Position numbers and translations under genes: made by a program. Under the pieces are notes generated by a model. The model did not search any database. It had not been told where the DNA came from and was given only the letters and a program-made list of their open reading frames with translations. A DNA stretch of 64,000 nt from Neophaeotheca triangularis. Taxonomy: Eukaryota. Each line of letters starts with the position of its first letter. The stretch's first letter is position 1. The stretch covers positions 1-64,000 of the forward strand of contig BAAIJX010000017.1 of the NCBI GenBank assembly GCA_054600435.1, in the 5' to 3' direction. Positions 32,682-45,900 of the stretch are shown here, piece after piece.

Positions 32682-33276
32682 CTATTCCCGCTGCAAAACC
32701 ACCGTCAAAGCCATAAACACCAGCATCGCCGTCTTCAACCAAGGATACTCGCTCAGCAAAATCGTAACATACCCCACCCCTGGCACATAGCCAACAACGC
32801 TCCCAATGACATCCTTGGAGCGCTCGAGGTATTTTTGGCCGCGAGCGTAGAGTTCCGTGTCGTCGGCGGCGTTGTTATCACCTTTTGTCAAGAGCTGGAG
32901 GGGGGAAGCGCTGCAACCACAATGATCAGCTAAACCGCCGCGTGAAGCGAAAAGGGAAACAGGGGGGGAAGGAAACATACCCTCCACCAAACCTCCTAAC
33001 CACGCGATGCACAATGGGTATATCCTTGCCGCGGACGTTGTAGACCACGACTTCGCCCACGCTCGTGTCCAATCCCCTGTTCCAGAGGAATAGCAGGTCC
33101 CCGCGTTGGAAAGCGGGCTCCATGCTTCCCGAGAGCACGACGACGATGGGCGAGCTGCTGTCGGTGATGACGCTTAGCCCTTTCCAGAGCATGAATGCTG
33201 TTGAGAGGACGAGAGCGAAGTTCAGGACTTGCGAGGCTAGTTGCCGTGGTTGAAGGGAGGAGAGGGCAGAGAGCAT
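32682..33276 (-). CDS. SEC11: Signal peptidase complex catalytic subunit
   Basis: Exons 33276-32981 and 32910-32682; [28 protein letters not shown] and LLTKGDNN. Confidence 0.96.
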
Positions 33277-34499
33277 GGTTGCGCTGGAGAGGGGGGAGGG
33301 TGGTTTGGTTTGGTTTGGTAGTTGCGGAGGTGTGGTATGCGCTTTTGATACAGTGGAGGGACAATCGACGGCTACGGGGTTGACATTGAGGATGTGGGGG
33401 TTTGTGGGTGCCTATGTGAGGTTTGGGTTGTGGTTTCGGTAGCTTGAACGCGATTGTATGTTCGTACGGCTTCTCCTGAAACGCCAGGTGTAGTTGGCGC
33501 TCCCCGTCACCAATGATGATGGGTGCCTCACGAGTCAGGCATGAAATATGAAATGTTTGCTACTTTAGATACATCATCCTATTCCTGTACCTTAGCCTCT
33601 CTCTTGACCTTGATCCTGCTTGCAGTAGTCACTCACCGACGGTCGCTAACGAATACAGAAGGCGAATCTATACTTACATTGCCTACATGCACACGCCCAT
33701 TGCAAGCTCCTGGTCCGCGTCCGGCATGCATCTCTGGAAGACGGGGAAAAGCAGCGAGTAGATGTTGTCAAGAATGCGCCGGCCTTAGTCTCCCGAGTAA
33801 AGATGACTATTCAATCCGAGTCACTGTTTGAACAGAGGCTGCGCACACGGGCATGGCCAGCCATATCCGTGGACTGCCCAAACATGGAAGCGAGAGGCAG
33901 TGCCCGGCCAAGAAAAAGCTGCTCAGCCCTGCACGCTGCACTCACCACCCCGAGGCCGCCCTCTCCTCTTGAAGTCACCAACTCACCATCACCACCTCTA
34001 TATTACCTCTGAACACTATCATGGCTTTGACCATGACTTTGGCCATCTGCCACGTCGTGCAACCGAACAAGGTTTCTCATCATTCATGCTTAGAGGGGAG
34101 GGGGGTAGGGGGAGGGGGGGCACTGCAAGCACTCCCAAATCCGCGTGATTACCTCTACCAACTCTCACACTCTGCCAGCCTTATTACTACCAAGCCTCAG
34201 CCGGTAGGATTCTACACTACGCTGCGCTATTGGTAGCTTTTCCCCTTCTTCACCCCCCTTTCCCAGTCTGATTTCGCTCGTGGCTCGTGTACTTGCCAGT
34301 CATGAGTTTCGACAAGACGCATGGCGGCTATGCTACTTTTCAATCGACCAACTTGTTCTGCGCCCACATTCATAGCCTTGTGACCTTTCCCTACTGCCCT
34401 GCACATTCTTTCCCTCCCAATCTTTATAGACGTTGTACGACCACAGCCATCTGGACTCTAGAAGAAACTGAACAACAATCACGTCTTACTCACAAAAAC

Positions 34500-37085
34500 A
34501 TGCCCGGACTCAAGCAACTGCTAAAATGGCCGAGGAAGAACGCAGCAGATTCGTCTGCAAAACCTGACCCGGACGTTATGAGCCCCTTGCAGAGATTGAA
34601 TGTCCGGTATAGAGAGGCCGAAAGACACAGACACGCCAATTTGGTCCAATCATTGTCACCAGCCAGCGAAGAAGCCAGATTCAATTTCGACTTCCGGTGG
34701 GTACCGCAGTCCGCTAGGGATCCCCTTCACTCCTCCTCGCAAATGTCTTACTTCTCCCCCGACGATGTTGGTATCGATGTGGCGCTCCGCCAAGAGGGAC
34801 AAATGTTGCGAGACGACGACCGGCTGATCGACGCTTTACGCTCAAGGGACGAGCGTGACCGATTAGTGACACCCAATGCTGCTTGGTCTCGTGCTATACC
34901 CGTTTCCGAGCGAGTGGGGCCAAATTCGAGTTTGGAGCGACTGGAGAGAACACTCTTGGAGCGTCCCACGAAGAAGCCTTCGCCCGATCATATACATCCC
35001 GAGATTCCGAAGACACAAGAGCCAGTACGTCGCCAGAGGGTGCATTTTCCAGGAGCCAGCTCTACTGGCACCGACCAGTCCGCGCTTCAGACTTGGGCGG
35101 ATGCGGGTACCAAAGTGGCCGAAGAGAAAGATGCAAGTACGATGAGGAGCTCGTCGCAAAGGTCTGGAGATGAGAGACCAAAGAATTTGCACACTGCCAT
35201 CGAAAATGTTGGACCGATAGAGGCGACCGATTCACCATATTTATCTAAACTTTCCGGAGAGGGCTCGTTTGACAATAGAAGAATTTTGGCAAGAGCCCCT
35301 GTTGAGCGGGTCGAGAGCTCCAATCGTGGCCCACCCTCGAATACACGAGCTCTCGACACGCCCTCCGCGCACGTCCCAGGAGCCTGGGTGGATACCCCTC
35401 GCAATAGTCTTCTCTTCGAACCGGACGCGATTCCTATCATGCGCAAACCAATCGCGACTAAACACGGTGCGAGAAGGAATAGATTAAGCTGGGAAAGCTG
35501 GGAAGATTTCGAAGATACAGACCAACCTGTTACGGTATCGGGTGGAGCTTGGCTATCCTACACTTCAGGGCTGTCAGACGTTCCAAATAAGAACGCCACG
35601 GAGAATGGGGCTGCTGATCATGAAGAGCGCGCGGAGGCCTCTTCTTCGCCGTCGAATGGCAAGGGTAAGGAGAGATTAACTGAATGGGACGACCTGTTCG
35701 ACGGTTTTTTTAGGAGTCGGGAAAGCACAATACCGCCCCTTGACAACTACAAGCTGGTACTCGAACCGGATACCGTCAAAAGCCCAGAGCAACTTGTGCC
35801 AAGAGCGGACATGGTCCCTGAGGTTTCCCACAGCCAACACCTCAACCTAGCAGTTCCCAGTTCCAATCTGCAACGATCGCCCTCGACTCAGCGCCAAATT
35901 CTGTCCGACGAAAACTTGGCCCGCCAGCTCTCTGTGGAAGCAGAAGCAGAAGCAGAAGCCACACCTCGCGAGCATGACTGCACGATCTGCAGCGATACCC
36001 TCCCACCCCTGTCATTTCCAGCCAAACCTCCAACAGCAACTTGTACCCATGACACCGACACCTGTACAGACTGCCTAAAAACCTGGCTAGCGAGCGAAAT
36101 TACCTCCAAACCCCCGGGTGCGAGCATAAAATGCCCCGTTTGCGCCGAGCAGCTCTCTCATTCAGAGATACAAACAGCGGCACCCGCCGATGCATTCGCG
36201 GTGTACGATGCACGCGTGGCGCGAGCGGCCTTGAACGGCATCCAAGATTTCGCATGGTGTCTGCGGCCAGGCTGCGGAAGTGGACAATTCAACTTGCCTA
36301 CTACCGCCACCACATCCACCTCCTCGTCCTCCCACAACAACAAGCCAACCAACAACAGCACCACCTCCCTCCTTGCTCGCACTCTCAATCGCAATCGCCC
36401 GAGCAAACCTTCCCCTCAAGCCTCCACTGCCGCCTCCTCTCCATTCATGCAATGCACCCACTGCAACTACCGGCAATGCCTCTCCTGCCTAGTACCCTGG
36501 CACGACGAAGAGAGCTGCGCGACATACCAGTACCGGACGAGCGGGGCGCAGAAACGGGACGAAGAAGCAAAGACGGCCGCGATGCTGGACAATGTGAGTA
36601 AAGTCTGTCCCGGGCCGGGAAAAGGCGGGAAGAAGAGCTGTGGTGTTCGAATCCAGAAAGGGGGTGGTTGTGATCAGTAAGTTAATTATTTTCTTCTTTT
36701 TCTCCCCTCTACATATTTAAAATCAAAAAAAAAAGCGATATGAGAACAACCCGCGCAGAGTGTAATGCACCCCACAAACTCCCCCAACCTCAGTCCCCAC
36801 CCGATCCCTCTCTTCACCCCGACTCCACCCTCTCGTCGCCAAACGCTAACCTCTCGTCGCCACAGCATGCGGTGCCGCACCTGCCTCCACGAATTCTGCT
36901 GGCAATGCCTAGCCTCGCACGCCGAGATCAAACGTGTAGGAAACACAGCGCATGCGCGGGATTGCAAGTTCCACTCGCAGAATCTGGACATCGCTTGGCC
37001 GTTCAATGTCCATGGGGTTGTTGCCCCGCACCAGCCGCCTGCGGTTAGGGCGGCTGCGAGGGGCGAGATTGGGATTGCTAGGTAG
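34500..37085 (+). CDS. RBR (RING-IBR-RING) E3 ubiquitin ligase with long disordered N-terminus
   Basis: Exons 34500-36676 and 36866-37085. RING1 CTIC..CTH..CTDC..CPVC; IBR WCLRPGC..CTHC..CLSC..WHDEESC; splicing restores RING2 [21 protein letters not shown]. Confidence 0.9.
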
Positions 37086-37809
37086 AAGGGAGAAGATGGT
37101 CGGGTAGGTAGAGAAAGAGGTAGGTGGGGAGCAGGTTATGTGGTGTTATTGGTGTTAGTTTTGGCGTTGGCGTTGGCATAGGAATTGATATAAGGGCAGG
37201 CGCTACACGACTAGGTGTTCAGGGTTGGGTCGAGTGGGAATGCCGACGGCTATGAGAAACGGAGGGGTGAGTAGTGGTCCCTCCTGCACGTCGTAACGTA
37301 CGTCAAACATGTTGTACTCGCTGCCACAGTCGATGCCGCTACGAGGCTGCCTGCAAGGCGTATATAGGGAAACACATATCAGCCGGCGGCGAAGCGGGAC
37401 AGACTTCCAATCACATGCGCGCTAAAGTTGGTCTACACATACTGGGAAAGACATGCTACAATGGTTATCCCCTAGACCACACGCCTCAAGGCTATCAACC
37501 AACCACGGCATCCCAAACCCTTGCCCCAAACAGACACTCCAAACCAACAACAGCTCCCGCCCCGAACCCCTCTTCCCCATGCCGCGAACCTCCAACGCTA
37601 AATCCATCATAGAATCAGCCGGCTGAAAGAAGCCAGTAGAAAGGCGCAGCGCAGCACAGAAATCAAAGAAGAAAAAGTCGGGAAAAATTGGGGAAAAGGC
37701 GATAAAGACGATTATATTTCCGAAACCGCAGTCCAGGCGAAGATAGACGTTGCCTTCAGTGGACTTCAAGAAGACGGAAGCGCACAACCGCTCGCGTTTT
37801 CCAAAATCC

Positions 37810-40800
37810 CTACACACTCCCCCTCCGCTCAGCGATCTCTTCCTCGCTCCCGCCAATCAAGCCCTCACCCCCGGGGACAGCAACCTTCTCCTCTCCACGC
37901 CCATCGGCAACCGCCTCTGCCGCAGCCTCCGCAGTCTTGGCCTCTGCATCCCCCACTCCACCCATCGTGTCCCTTTCACCTTTCCCCTCCCCACTGCCCC
38001 CCTTACCGGCATCCTCAACCCCCTCAACCCCCTCATTATTCCCTTCCTCAGCGGCAGCCCCGCCAAGATTCAACTTCTCACTCAAATTCACCGCCAAAAA
38101 GCTCTTGGGCAACTTCACAGTCCCAAACCTGCCCTTGAGCGTCTCCAACACCTCTTTCCAATCGCCATGAGCCGTCAAACTTCTGCGTGGAGCGCAGCCG
38201 ATACAATGCTTGGAATCGAGTTGCACGTCTAGGGGGTCGAAAGTATGACACCCTGGGCTGATGGTTATGCGGATGGAGTAGTTATATGGATCTAGAGAGG
38301 GGTTTGTCTGCTGGGATTTGGGTTGAGTGGGGTTGGTAGTGGTGGCTGTGGGAGTTGTGCTGGGGATGGGCGAACTGAGAGTCGTCGACGGCGTGCTGGC
38401 GTGTTGATGCGGGGTGTTCGCCGATTCGTAGAGTTCGAAATTGATTTGCGAGAGGTAGTCTAGTTCGGGAATGGCGTTGCGGGCGATTTTGGTCGTGATA
38501 CCGCCTTCGAGGATGCAGTTGAGGAGCGTGTAGACGTGGGATTCTTTGGTAAAGTAGATGAAACTCTTGGCGTCGTCGGACGCTTGCATTTCTTCGAGAT
38601 CCGAGACGATTTCTTTGAGTAAGGGGAGCGAAGTTAGGAGGCCGATTTCGAGCTTTTCGCTGTTGGTGATGCCATATTCCTGTGGTCCGATAAAGTCGAA
38701 GAGGATTTTGGACAGGCGATAGAGTTCGCGGAGTTTAGAGAGGCGGAGGTCGGATTTTGCTTTAGAGCTGGACGGGTGAGAGGGGTTTTCTGGGTTGTTG
38801 CTGGCCGTGTTGGAGTTGGGCGTGGTCGATGTGTTGTGATTACCGGTGAATAGGGAGAAGTAGGATTGAGCTGGGTCGTCGGCGGCGGCGGTAGGGGCGC
38901 GGCTGTTGCTGGCGCTCAAGAGGTCTTGGGACTTGCGGCGGAAGCCCATGCGCGAGGCGAGAGTGGGTTGATGCTTTTGGGTTTGCGATGGCGCTGGAGA
39001 GACTCCGTCTTGCGATGTTTTGGTTTCACTCGGCTTCGCTTGTGCGCCAGTCTCTCCCGCACCCTTCCCATCCGTCGCTGGCTGATGACCAACATGAGTC
39101 TCCTCAAACTCCGCTCTGGCGTCTTGACTCGCCGTTCGTTCAAGAGTCGCACCGTTCGCCTCTTCCCGCTGCCTGCTTTCCTCCTCGGCCATCATGCTCT
39201 GCGTTGGCGTAAATACCCACTCCAGAAACTGTCGATTGTGCAACGCATCAAACTTCATTGTGTCGTAAAGCTCCGAGATCTTACTGGGATCAACCTTCTC
39301 CGCATCAGTGAATTCATCAAAGAGCTTCTCCCATCTCTCCTTGAACAAGTCGGCATCCTCGCCCGCACACCATCTAGCTTGCACAGTGTTCGCTTGAGCC
39401 AACTGAGGCGAACTCGGCGCGGCACCTTTATCCACACTACTAGCACTAGAGCTTTCGCCATTCTTTTGCAACTTTTCCAAACTGCTGACAGCCTCGCTAC
39501 TGCCCTGCAACCTCGAAAAATTGTTGCGCATAACCCTGCGGTGAAACTTCATCAACTCAACCACGTCCCTAGCGACCACAAAAGGCTCTGGCGTGCCGTC
39601 CTTTGGCCAAGCAAATTGCTCCGGCGCGGCAGTTCCCTGCCTCAGCAACCCTTTCAACCGTTTCTTCACCTTATCCATCTCATCCTTGGCCGCATTACTG
39701 TCATCGAGCAGATCCTTCCTGACCTTGATTTGGTCAGGTTCCACCTCCTTCTGGTCGAGGAAAGCGGCGGCGAAAATCTGCGCCGAAGTCGTGACACGTC
39801 GTTCAGAAGATGTGAAAATGCTGACATCGGAGAGGGCGTCGCGGTTCATGAGGAGTAGGTCATTGCGGTAGTTTTCTCCCAAGTCGGCAGCTTGATAGCG
39901 AGCGGAGTGCGTGGGCTCACCTCCCCATTTCATGACCAGTTGCAATTTATCGAGGACGAGGTTGTTCTCTGCTGCGGCTGCGCGGGAAAGCGTGACTTCT
40001 GAGATGGAGTCGGAGCGTTTTTGCTCGCGTTTCTGCGAAGGATCCACGGCGGTGTTCTCATCAGTGGTGGGCGTGGCCGCGGCTTCCTCATGTTTGAGCA
40101 GATCGTCCTTAAGTTTGGCCTTTTCCTCTTTGCCGTTCTTTTTACCATCTTTGTCTTTTGGCTTTTTGAACATGGGTTTGATCTGGACTTTCGTTCCTGG
40201 CCAGCCGCCCTTCTTTGCCAGTGCGTTGCCGAGTGTTCGTAGCTTTGACATGTCTTCTTCGCCTTCATTCATCGCTTGGGCGACGGCTTGCTGGACGGTG
40301 TTCAAGGCTGCTTCACCTACAAGCAGGACCTCTTCTTGGTGACCCTTCAGAAGATCGACAAAGGGTTTGGTGTGGAAAGTGAACTTGAACTTTTGCTTCG
40401 GCGTGCGATCTGCATGACGGACGACCGAGACCATACCTTTGAGCTTCCACTGGGATTTGCTGGCCGGTGCGGGTACGTTAGCGGGCGGTTGACCATTTGC
40501 AGCAGGACCAGGCAGGGTGAGGTTCTCTGCACTCGCGCTCGAAGATACAGAGAGAGCCGGTTGGTCCTCCACTGCGGAGGAGAGATTGGCAGAGGCCGGG
40601 ACCGCTGGTGGTGGGAGAATACTCTCTGCTTGGTCTTTAGTAGGTGGGATTTGGCGTCCTGGCAGAGTGCCCGTGGGTCTCTCAAGCGTCGAAGGGCTTG
40701 TCAAGGGCGAAGTCGCGCCACTAGTGGCCTCGTTCTTGCCTTGTTTCTGGTGACCGGGCTGCACACTATCTCTGAGCTGCGAGATGCTCCTGGCGCCAAA

Positions 40801-42597
40801 CACAGACTTGAGAGTGCTGCTCCTATGCACGCCAGCTTCACGATCCCGGCCGAAGGTACTCTTCCTCTGGATGCCTTTCTCGGGATCTGGCTGGGCGACT
40901 GCACCTTTACCGCTGTATTCGCTACCATCCGTATCGCTGGCTGTCGTGGCTTTGCCTTCCCATCGAAGTCGCTCTCTAATAAACATCGATCTTAGAACAC
41001 TGGCGGCTTTCTCGTAGTAATCGTTGTTGTCCTTTACAAAACTCCAGCCATTGACATCGATGACATAGCTCTCCTTGTCAACGCGCAGTAGATCAAAGCC
41101 ACAGACTCGTTGGCCAAATCCTTCTGCAATCCTCGCCGCCATTCCAGCCTCTTCCTTTGTAAGGTTAGTCACGTAGCGAATCTCTTTTCCATTTGGATTG
41201 CGTTTCACTACGCCGTCGACAACAGGACTCTTGCGAGTCTCGGCGTGGCAGTAATCCGGGCCGACAGTATAAGCTTTGACGTCCTCTGCGTTCTCTACCT
41301 TGAGGAAACGTTCGTAGATGTAAGAACTGCCTTTTTCGGTGATGGCACTCGGCGTAGTGAGCTTCTCGTCTTTCTCAGAAGACTTGTTGTTGATTTTGCG
41401 GAAAAGACGTCTACCACCTCCGCCTTGCGATTTGGGGTAATAGATGTTGATGTTGTGGTCCTCGCCGCTTACTGGCTTCTCAACGAATGGTTTGGACAGT
41501 CTCTTTCCGTCCACCACTAGTGTGTCGTCGTCGTCTTCCATGTGTACGTCCATGGGTGGTGTTTGGCCACCGCCTCTCCCGTCGTCTGAGCCATACAGTT
41601 GAACGCCATTGAGCTCATACATGCGTTGTGCAATGTCCGTCGTCAAAATTACAGGTCCACCATCTCTGTTGACCTCCAGTCTTGCCGGTGTCGGCACGTT
41701 CAGCTTATCCAGGACCTTCAAGCACAGCCTCCTGTCCCACAATATTGTCTGCAGTGGCAGATCATTGACACAATACGGCTGCCTGAGCTTTGCGTAAGCA
41801 ATTGCCTTCTCCAATGGAAATCCATCGCTGAAGAAGGATATGAGAAAGTCGCAGATAGGCCAGTTCTCCACGCTCTCGTCTAGGATGATCTTGTCGCCGA
41901 AGATAATGACATCAAACTCATTGTCCTTGCCCACTAGCTTGTTGAGGATGTTACGACTGGGTTTGCTACGGGCTTTGGAATCGAGGGCGCAGATGCCTAT
42001 AGTGCCTATTCTGTTGGGGTTTTTCGTTTCAAGGGATGAACGGTCGGCGGAAGGACTGGCACTGTTGAGACCGCTTTGGTGGCCGCTGGTGGAGACTCGG
42101 CGGGAGTTGCCTGGGGTTCGTCCGCGTACCGTACGGCCTTCTCGTCCTGCGGTTGTGGAACTGCTGCCGGTGGTGGCGGAGGGGGTCGTAGAGCCATTGG
42201 CGCTTGGAGGCTGCCCGGGAGAGGCGGGCTGAGGAGGAGGAGGAGGCGGAGAAGTCATCGAGGAAGCGGCAGAATTGCTGTTGTTGGAGGAGGAATGGTT
42301 GGAAGAATGGGACAAGGATTCAGAAGCGGATGTGGAGAGGGCGCCGTTCTTCTGCCGGGACGTGGTGACATTGAGCAGAGAAGTAGCGTTGGTGGAGGTG
42401 CTCATGCGTCGGCTGCTGCTTGAGCTTCCTCCCACGTTGACGTTGTTATTCACAACCTCTCCAGGCAAGTCATCCGTGGCAGACGTCAGGCTACCAGAGG
42501 TGCTACTAGTAGTAGCAGTACCCGTCATTTTCGGCGTCATATCTGCCGCTCCTCCTTCTTCCACTGGTCCATTACGGGAGCTGGAATTTTCGTTCAT
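37810..42597 (-). CDS. VIP1: Inositol hexakisphosphate/PP-IP5 kinase (Vip1/Asp1, PPIP5K)
   Basis: 1595-aa ORF; ATP-grasp kinase (FVEKPVSGEDHN, HAETRKSP, VIDVNGWSFVK) plus histidine-acid-phosphatase domain (RHADRTPKQK, KWGGEPT, FTKESH). Confidence 0.96.
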   Translation of the reverse strand: MNENSSSRNGPVEEGGAADMTPKMTGTATTSSTSGSLTSATDDLPGEVVNNNVNVGGSSSSSRRMSTSTNATSLLNVTTSRQKNGALSTSASESLSHSSNHSSSNNSNSAASSMTSPPPPPPQPASPGQPPSANGSTTPSATTGSSSTTAGREGRTVRGRTPGNSRRVSTSGHQSGLNSASPSADRSSLETKNPNRIGTIGICALDSKARSKPSRNILNKLVGKDNEFDVIIFGDKIILDESVENWPICDFLISFFSDGFPLEKAIAYAKLRQPYCVNDLPLQTILWDRRLCLKVLDKLNVPTPARLEVNRDGGPVILTTDIAQRMYELNGVQLYGSDDGRGGGQTPPMDVHMEDDDDTLVVDGKRLSKPFVEKPVSGEDHNINIYYPKSQGGGGRRLFRKINNKSSEKDEKLTTPSAITEKGSSYIYERFLKVENAEDVKAYTVGPDYCHAETRKSPVVDGVVKRNPNGKEIRYVTNLTKEEAGMAARIAEGFGQRVCGFDLLRVDKESYVIDVNGWSFVKDNNDYYEKAASVLRSMFIRERLRWEGKATTASDTDGSEYSGKGAVAQPDPEKGIQRKSTFGRDREAGVHRSSTLKSVFGARSISQLRDSVQPGHQKQGKNEATSGATSPLTSPSTLERPTGTLPGRQIPPTKDQAESILPPPAVPASANLSSAVEDQPALSVSSSASAENLTLPGPAANGQPPANVPAPASKSQWKLKGMVSVVRHADRTPKQKFKFTFHTKPFVDLLKGHQEEVLLVGEAALNTVQQAVAQAMNEGEEDMSKLRTLGNALAKKGGWPGTKVQIKPMFKKPKDKDGKKNGKEEKAKLKDDLLKHEEAAATPTTDENTAVDPSQKREQKRSDSISEVTLSRAAAAENNLVLDKLQLVMKWGGEPTHSARYQAADLGENYRNDLLLMNRDALSDVSIFTSSERRVTTSAQIFAAAFLDQKEVEPDQIKVRKDLLDDSNAAKDEMDKVKKRLKGLLRQGTAAPEQFAWPKDGTPEPFVVARDVVELMKFHRRVMRNNFSRLQGSSEAVSSLEKLQKNGESSSASSVDKGAAPSSPQLAQANTVQARWCAGEDADLFKERWEKLFDEFTDAEKVDPSKISELYDTMKFDALHNRQFLEWVFTPTQSMMAEEESRQREEANGATLERTASQDARAEFEETHVGHQPATDGKGAGETGAQAKPSETKTSQDGVSPAPSQTQKHQPTLASRMGFRRKSQDLLSASNSRAPTAAADDPAQSYFSLFTGNHNTSTTPNSNTASNNPENPSHPSSSKAKSDLRLSKLRELYRLSKILFDFIGPQEYGITNSEKLEIGLLTSLPLLKEIVSDLEEMQASDDAKSFIYFTKESHVYTLLNCILEGGITTKIARNAIPELDYLSQINFELYESANTPHQHASTPSTTLSSPIPSTTPTATTTNPTQPKSQQTNPSLDPYNYSIRITISPGCHTFDPLDVQLDSKHCIGCAPRRSLTAHGDWKEVLETLKGRFGTVKLPKSFLAVNLSEKLNLGGAAAEEGNNEGVEGVEDAGKGGSGEGKGERDTMGGVGDAEAKTAEAAAEAVADGRGEEKVAVPGGEGLIGGSEEEIAERRGSV

Positions 42598-42906
42598 TTC
42601 CGATTCTAGTAAGTATGTTGTTAATACATATTATTCACAGAGAAAAAAAGAGGACATTGTGTTTGTTATACGAACAAGCCAACGATTTTTCCAAAAGTCC
42701 TCTTATCCTACTTTGGTTATTACATGCAAGGCCTGGGTGCCTCTGCCCAATGACGTGCCTCACATCGGTAACCCCACTAGCGCAGTGCGGGAAGCCGGGC
42801 CAAAAAGCTTATCTTCCAGCTTCTGGAAAGTTTTGGATTTACATCCATCCGGTCTTCAAGAGCAGGACAACGAGAACCTCCGTCTCGATTGCCATTCTCC
42901 ACCAAC

Positions 42907-45900
42907 ATGGCGCACATCAATGGGTTGGCTGGTAGCGGCGATGCTCTCACAAAGAAGCGAAAAACTTCTCATCACGATGGGCAATTAGAACGTCGTCAAC
43001 GAACGCCTGGCGCATCACGTATCTTTGCGCCTTACAGGGTATGTTTCTGGGAAAAGGTACACCATCAAGCGCTCATACTAAAGTCGTATATTACAGACCA
43101 TAGGGTTGGTCTCGCCTACTTCAGTGCCATTCACCTCCATCTCCCTAGGCAAGACGACCTTCCAGATCACCACCTCCGTCGGCCGCAGTCTTCAAACGTA
43201 CGATCTCCGCCGCGGACTGAACCTCGTCTTCATCACCCGTCCACAAACACCCCAGCCGATCACTGCCAGCATAGCATGGAAGGACAAGGTCATTGCAGCT
43301 TGGGGTGGAGACGGCACTACTTCTGAGAGAGGTGTTTGGGCTTTCAAGCGAGGCAAGAGAGAGGCACAGCTTGAGGTTCCCCTGGGTTTCCAGGAGAATG
43401 TAGTCAAGTTTTGCGTCTTCGGCAGCTGGGTGGTTGGTGTCTGCCAAACACAACTGCTCGTTTGGAAAAGTGACACGCTTGAGCTATACACCAATCTTCA
43501 GGGTGCATCGCCTATGCCCTTTACCCGCTGCATTGCAAGCTTGCCGACCTTCCTCAACAAGATCATTGTTGGGCGCGAAGATGGGAGTGCTGAGATCTGG
43601 AACGTCTCATCAGGCAAGCTAGTCTACACCATCTTACCACCCTCTTCAGCATACGGCGCCGTCACAGCTATCCAGCCCACGCCGGCTCTATCATTCGTGG
43701 CAATTGCCTACGAGGCTGGCGCGATCGTTATTCAAGACGTGCGCTCGGATCAAGCAGTCATCACTCTGAATGGACGAAAGGGAGCACCGGTGACTTCCAT
43801 ATCTTTCCGCACTGATGGACAAGGAGCTGGAGATGACGGGCAGAAGTCTGGTGTCATGGCGACCGCTTCTCTAAATTCTGGTGAGATAACTTTTTGGGAC
43901 CTCAACAACGGGGGCAGGAAATCTGGCGTCTTTCGCGCCGCACACGCCGATCCTCAAACTTCTACTCCTGGAGGTGTGACCAAAGTGGAGTTTCTTCCAG
44001 GCCAAGCGATTCTCGTCAGCACGGGCCTCGATAACAGCCTAAAGACCTGGATTTTTGATGCCTCGCCCTTCTCACCGGTGCCGAGAATACTGCACGAAAG
44101 ACGTGGCCATGGCGCTCCGGTCACGAAACTCGAATTTCTGCCCACAGCGTCGGATGGCTCGGATGATACTGGCAAGTGGCTCATGTCCGGCAGTCGAGAC
44201 AGGAGTCTCTGGGGCTGGTCTCTGCGTCGAGACGGACAGTCGACAGAGCTCAGTCAAGGTGCCATACAGAAGAAGGCGAAGAAACAGGGTCTACTCTCTG
44301 GGGATCGCGACAAACTTGACGATCTGAAGTGCCCGCCCATCATTCATATGGATTGCAGTCTCAATCGCGACGGCGGTATTGGCGCGCTTCCCGGCAAGCA
44401 ACCCATCTGGCAGCAGGCAAAGGGTAAACAGGTCAGCGCAGAAATCAGCGCCATGACAGGCTGGGAGAGCGTCATCACTGCTCACAAAAACGACTCTAAA
44501 GCTCGGTCGTGGTTCTGGGGTCGTAAGCGTGCTGGACGATGGGCGTTTCCCACTTCCGACAACAGCAATGTCGCTTCTGTCGCCATGTCGCAGTGCGGGA
44601 CGTTTGCAGTCGTGGGTAGCGAAAATGGCGGTGTTGACATGTTCAACATGCAGTCAGGGATGCATCGGCAACGTTTCCCTGCTAGACTTACACCCATGCA
44701 AGCAAAGCAGCTTCAACTCGACATGCAGAAAGACGGACTCATCGAAGACGACGAAGGCAAGAAGAAATTCTACCGTGGACAAGGAAGGCATACGAGTGCA
44801 GTCATTGGTCTGGCAATCGACAGCCTGAATAAAACAGTCATCTCAGCAAGCACCGACGGCAAGGTCAAGTTCTGGGATTTTGGCACTGGACTCCTCCAGC
44901 AACAAATCGACTGGAGCACTTCCACCAACATCACGGCAATGCGATTCCACCGTGGCTCCGATCTCGCCGCCTTCGCCTGTACGGACAATTGCATCCGCGT
45001 GGTCGACACTACAACCCACAAGCTCATCCGTGAGCTGTGGCCATCCCGCACTCCCATTCCAGAACTCTCCCAACTTTCCCTATCCGACTTCACCTTCTCC
45101 ACAAACGGCACTTGGATAACTGCCTCCCTCTCCTCTTTAATTCTCATCTGGGACCTTCCCACCGGTCACCTCGTCGATGCTTTCAGACTGCCCGCCCCTT
45201 GTGCAACCCTCGCGCTCTCCCCAACGGGCGAATTCCTCGCGACCGCTACTACAGCCAGCGAAGGCGTCGACATCTGGTCCAACCGTAGTCTCTTCCAACA
45301 CATCTCTAACCGCCACATCACTCACTCCGAACTCACCGCCCTTCTCTCCGACTCAACGAGCACAGCCCAAGCACCCACAGCCTCAGGAGAAAACGCCGCA
45401 GCCCTCATCCCCACCACCACCACTACTTTCAACCCTGACGAAGACGAAGACGACCTCGACCTCGACCTCGACACTGGTTTTGCGGACATCGACGCTCTAA
45501 CATCCGACCTCCTCTCGCTCTCTCTGATCCCCAAACCCCGCTGGCAAAATCTAATGCACCTTGACCTGATCCGTCAACGCAACAAACCGCTCGAACCGCC
45601 CAAAAAACCCGAAAAAGCCCCCTTCTTCCTCCCTTCAACAACCACACCCCAACAACAACCGCAACCCTCAACGACCACCGCCTCGGACCCGCCCTCCCGC
45701 CTCCTCGCCCCCCGCTTAACCCAACAGTCTAGCACTTTCACCACCCTCCTCCACACCTCACCTAACCCCACTAATCCCTCCTCCGCTCAACAACACCCAG
45801 CCCTAAACCACCTCTCCACCCTCCCTCCCGCAGCCGCAGACCTCGAACTCCGCTCCCTCTCCCGCAATGACCTCGCCGCTTTCCTGGAAACTCTCATAAC

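Noticed and set aside
34287..34499. N-terminal extension of the RBR gene
   Set aside because: The track starts at GTG; ATG at 34500 has a strong AAAC context. An upstream in-frame ATG at 34302 cannot be fully excluded.
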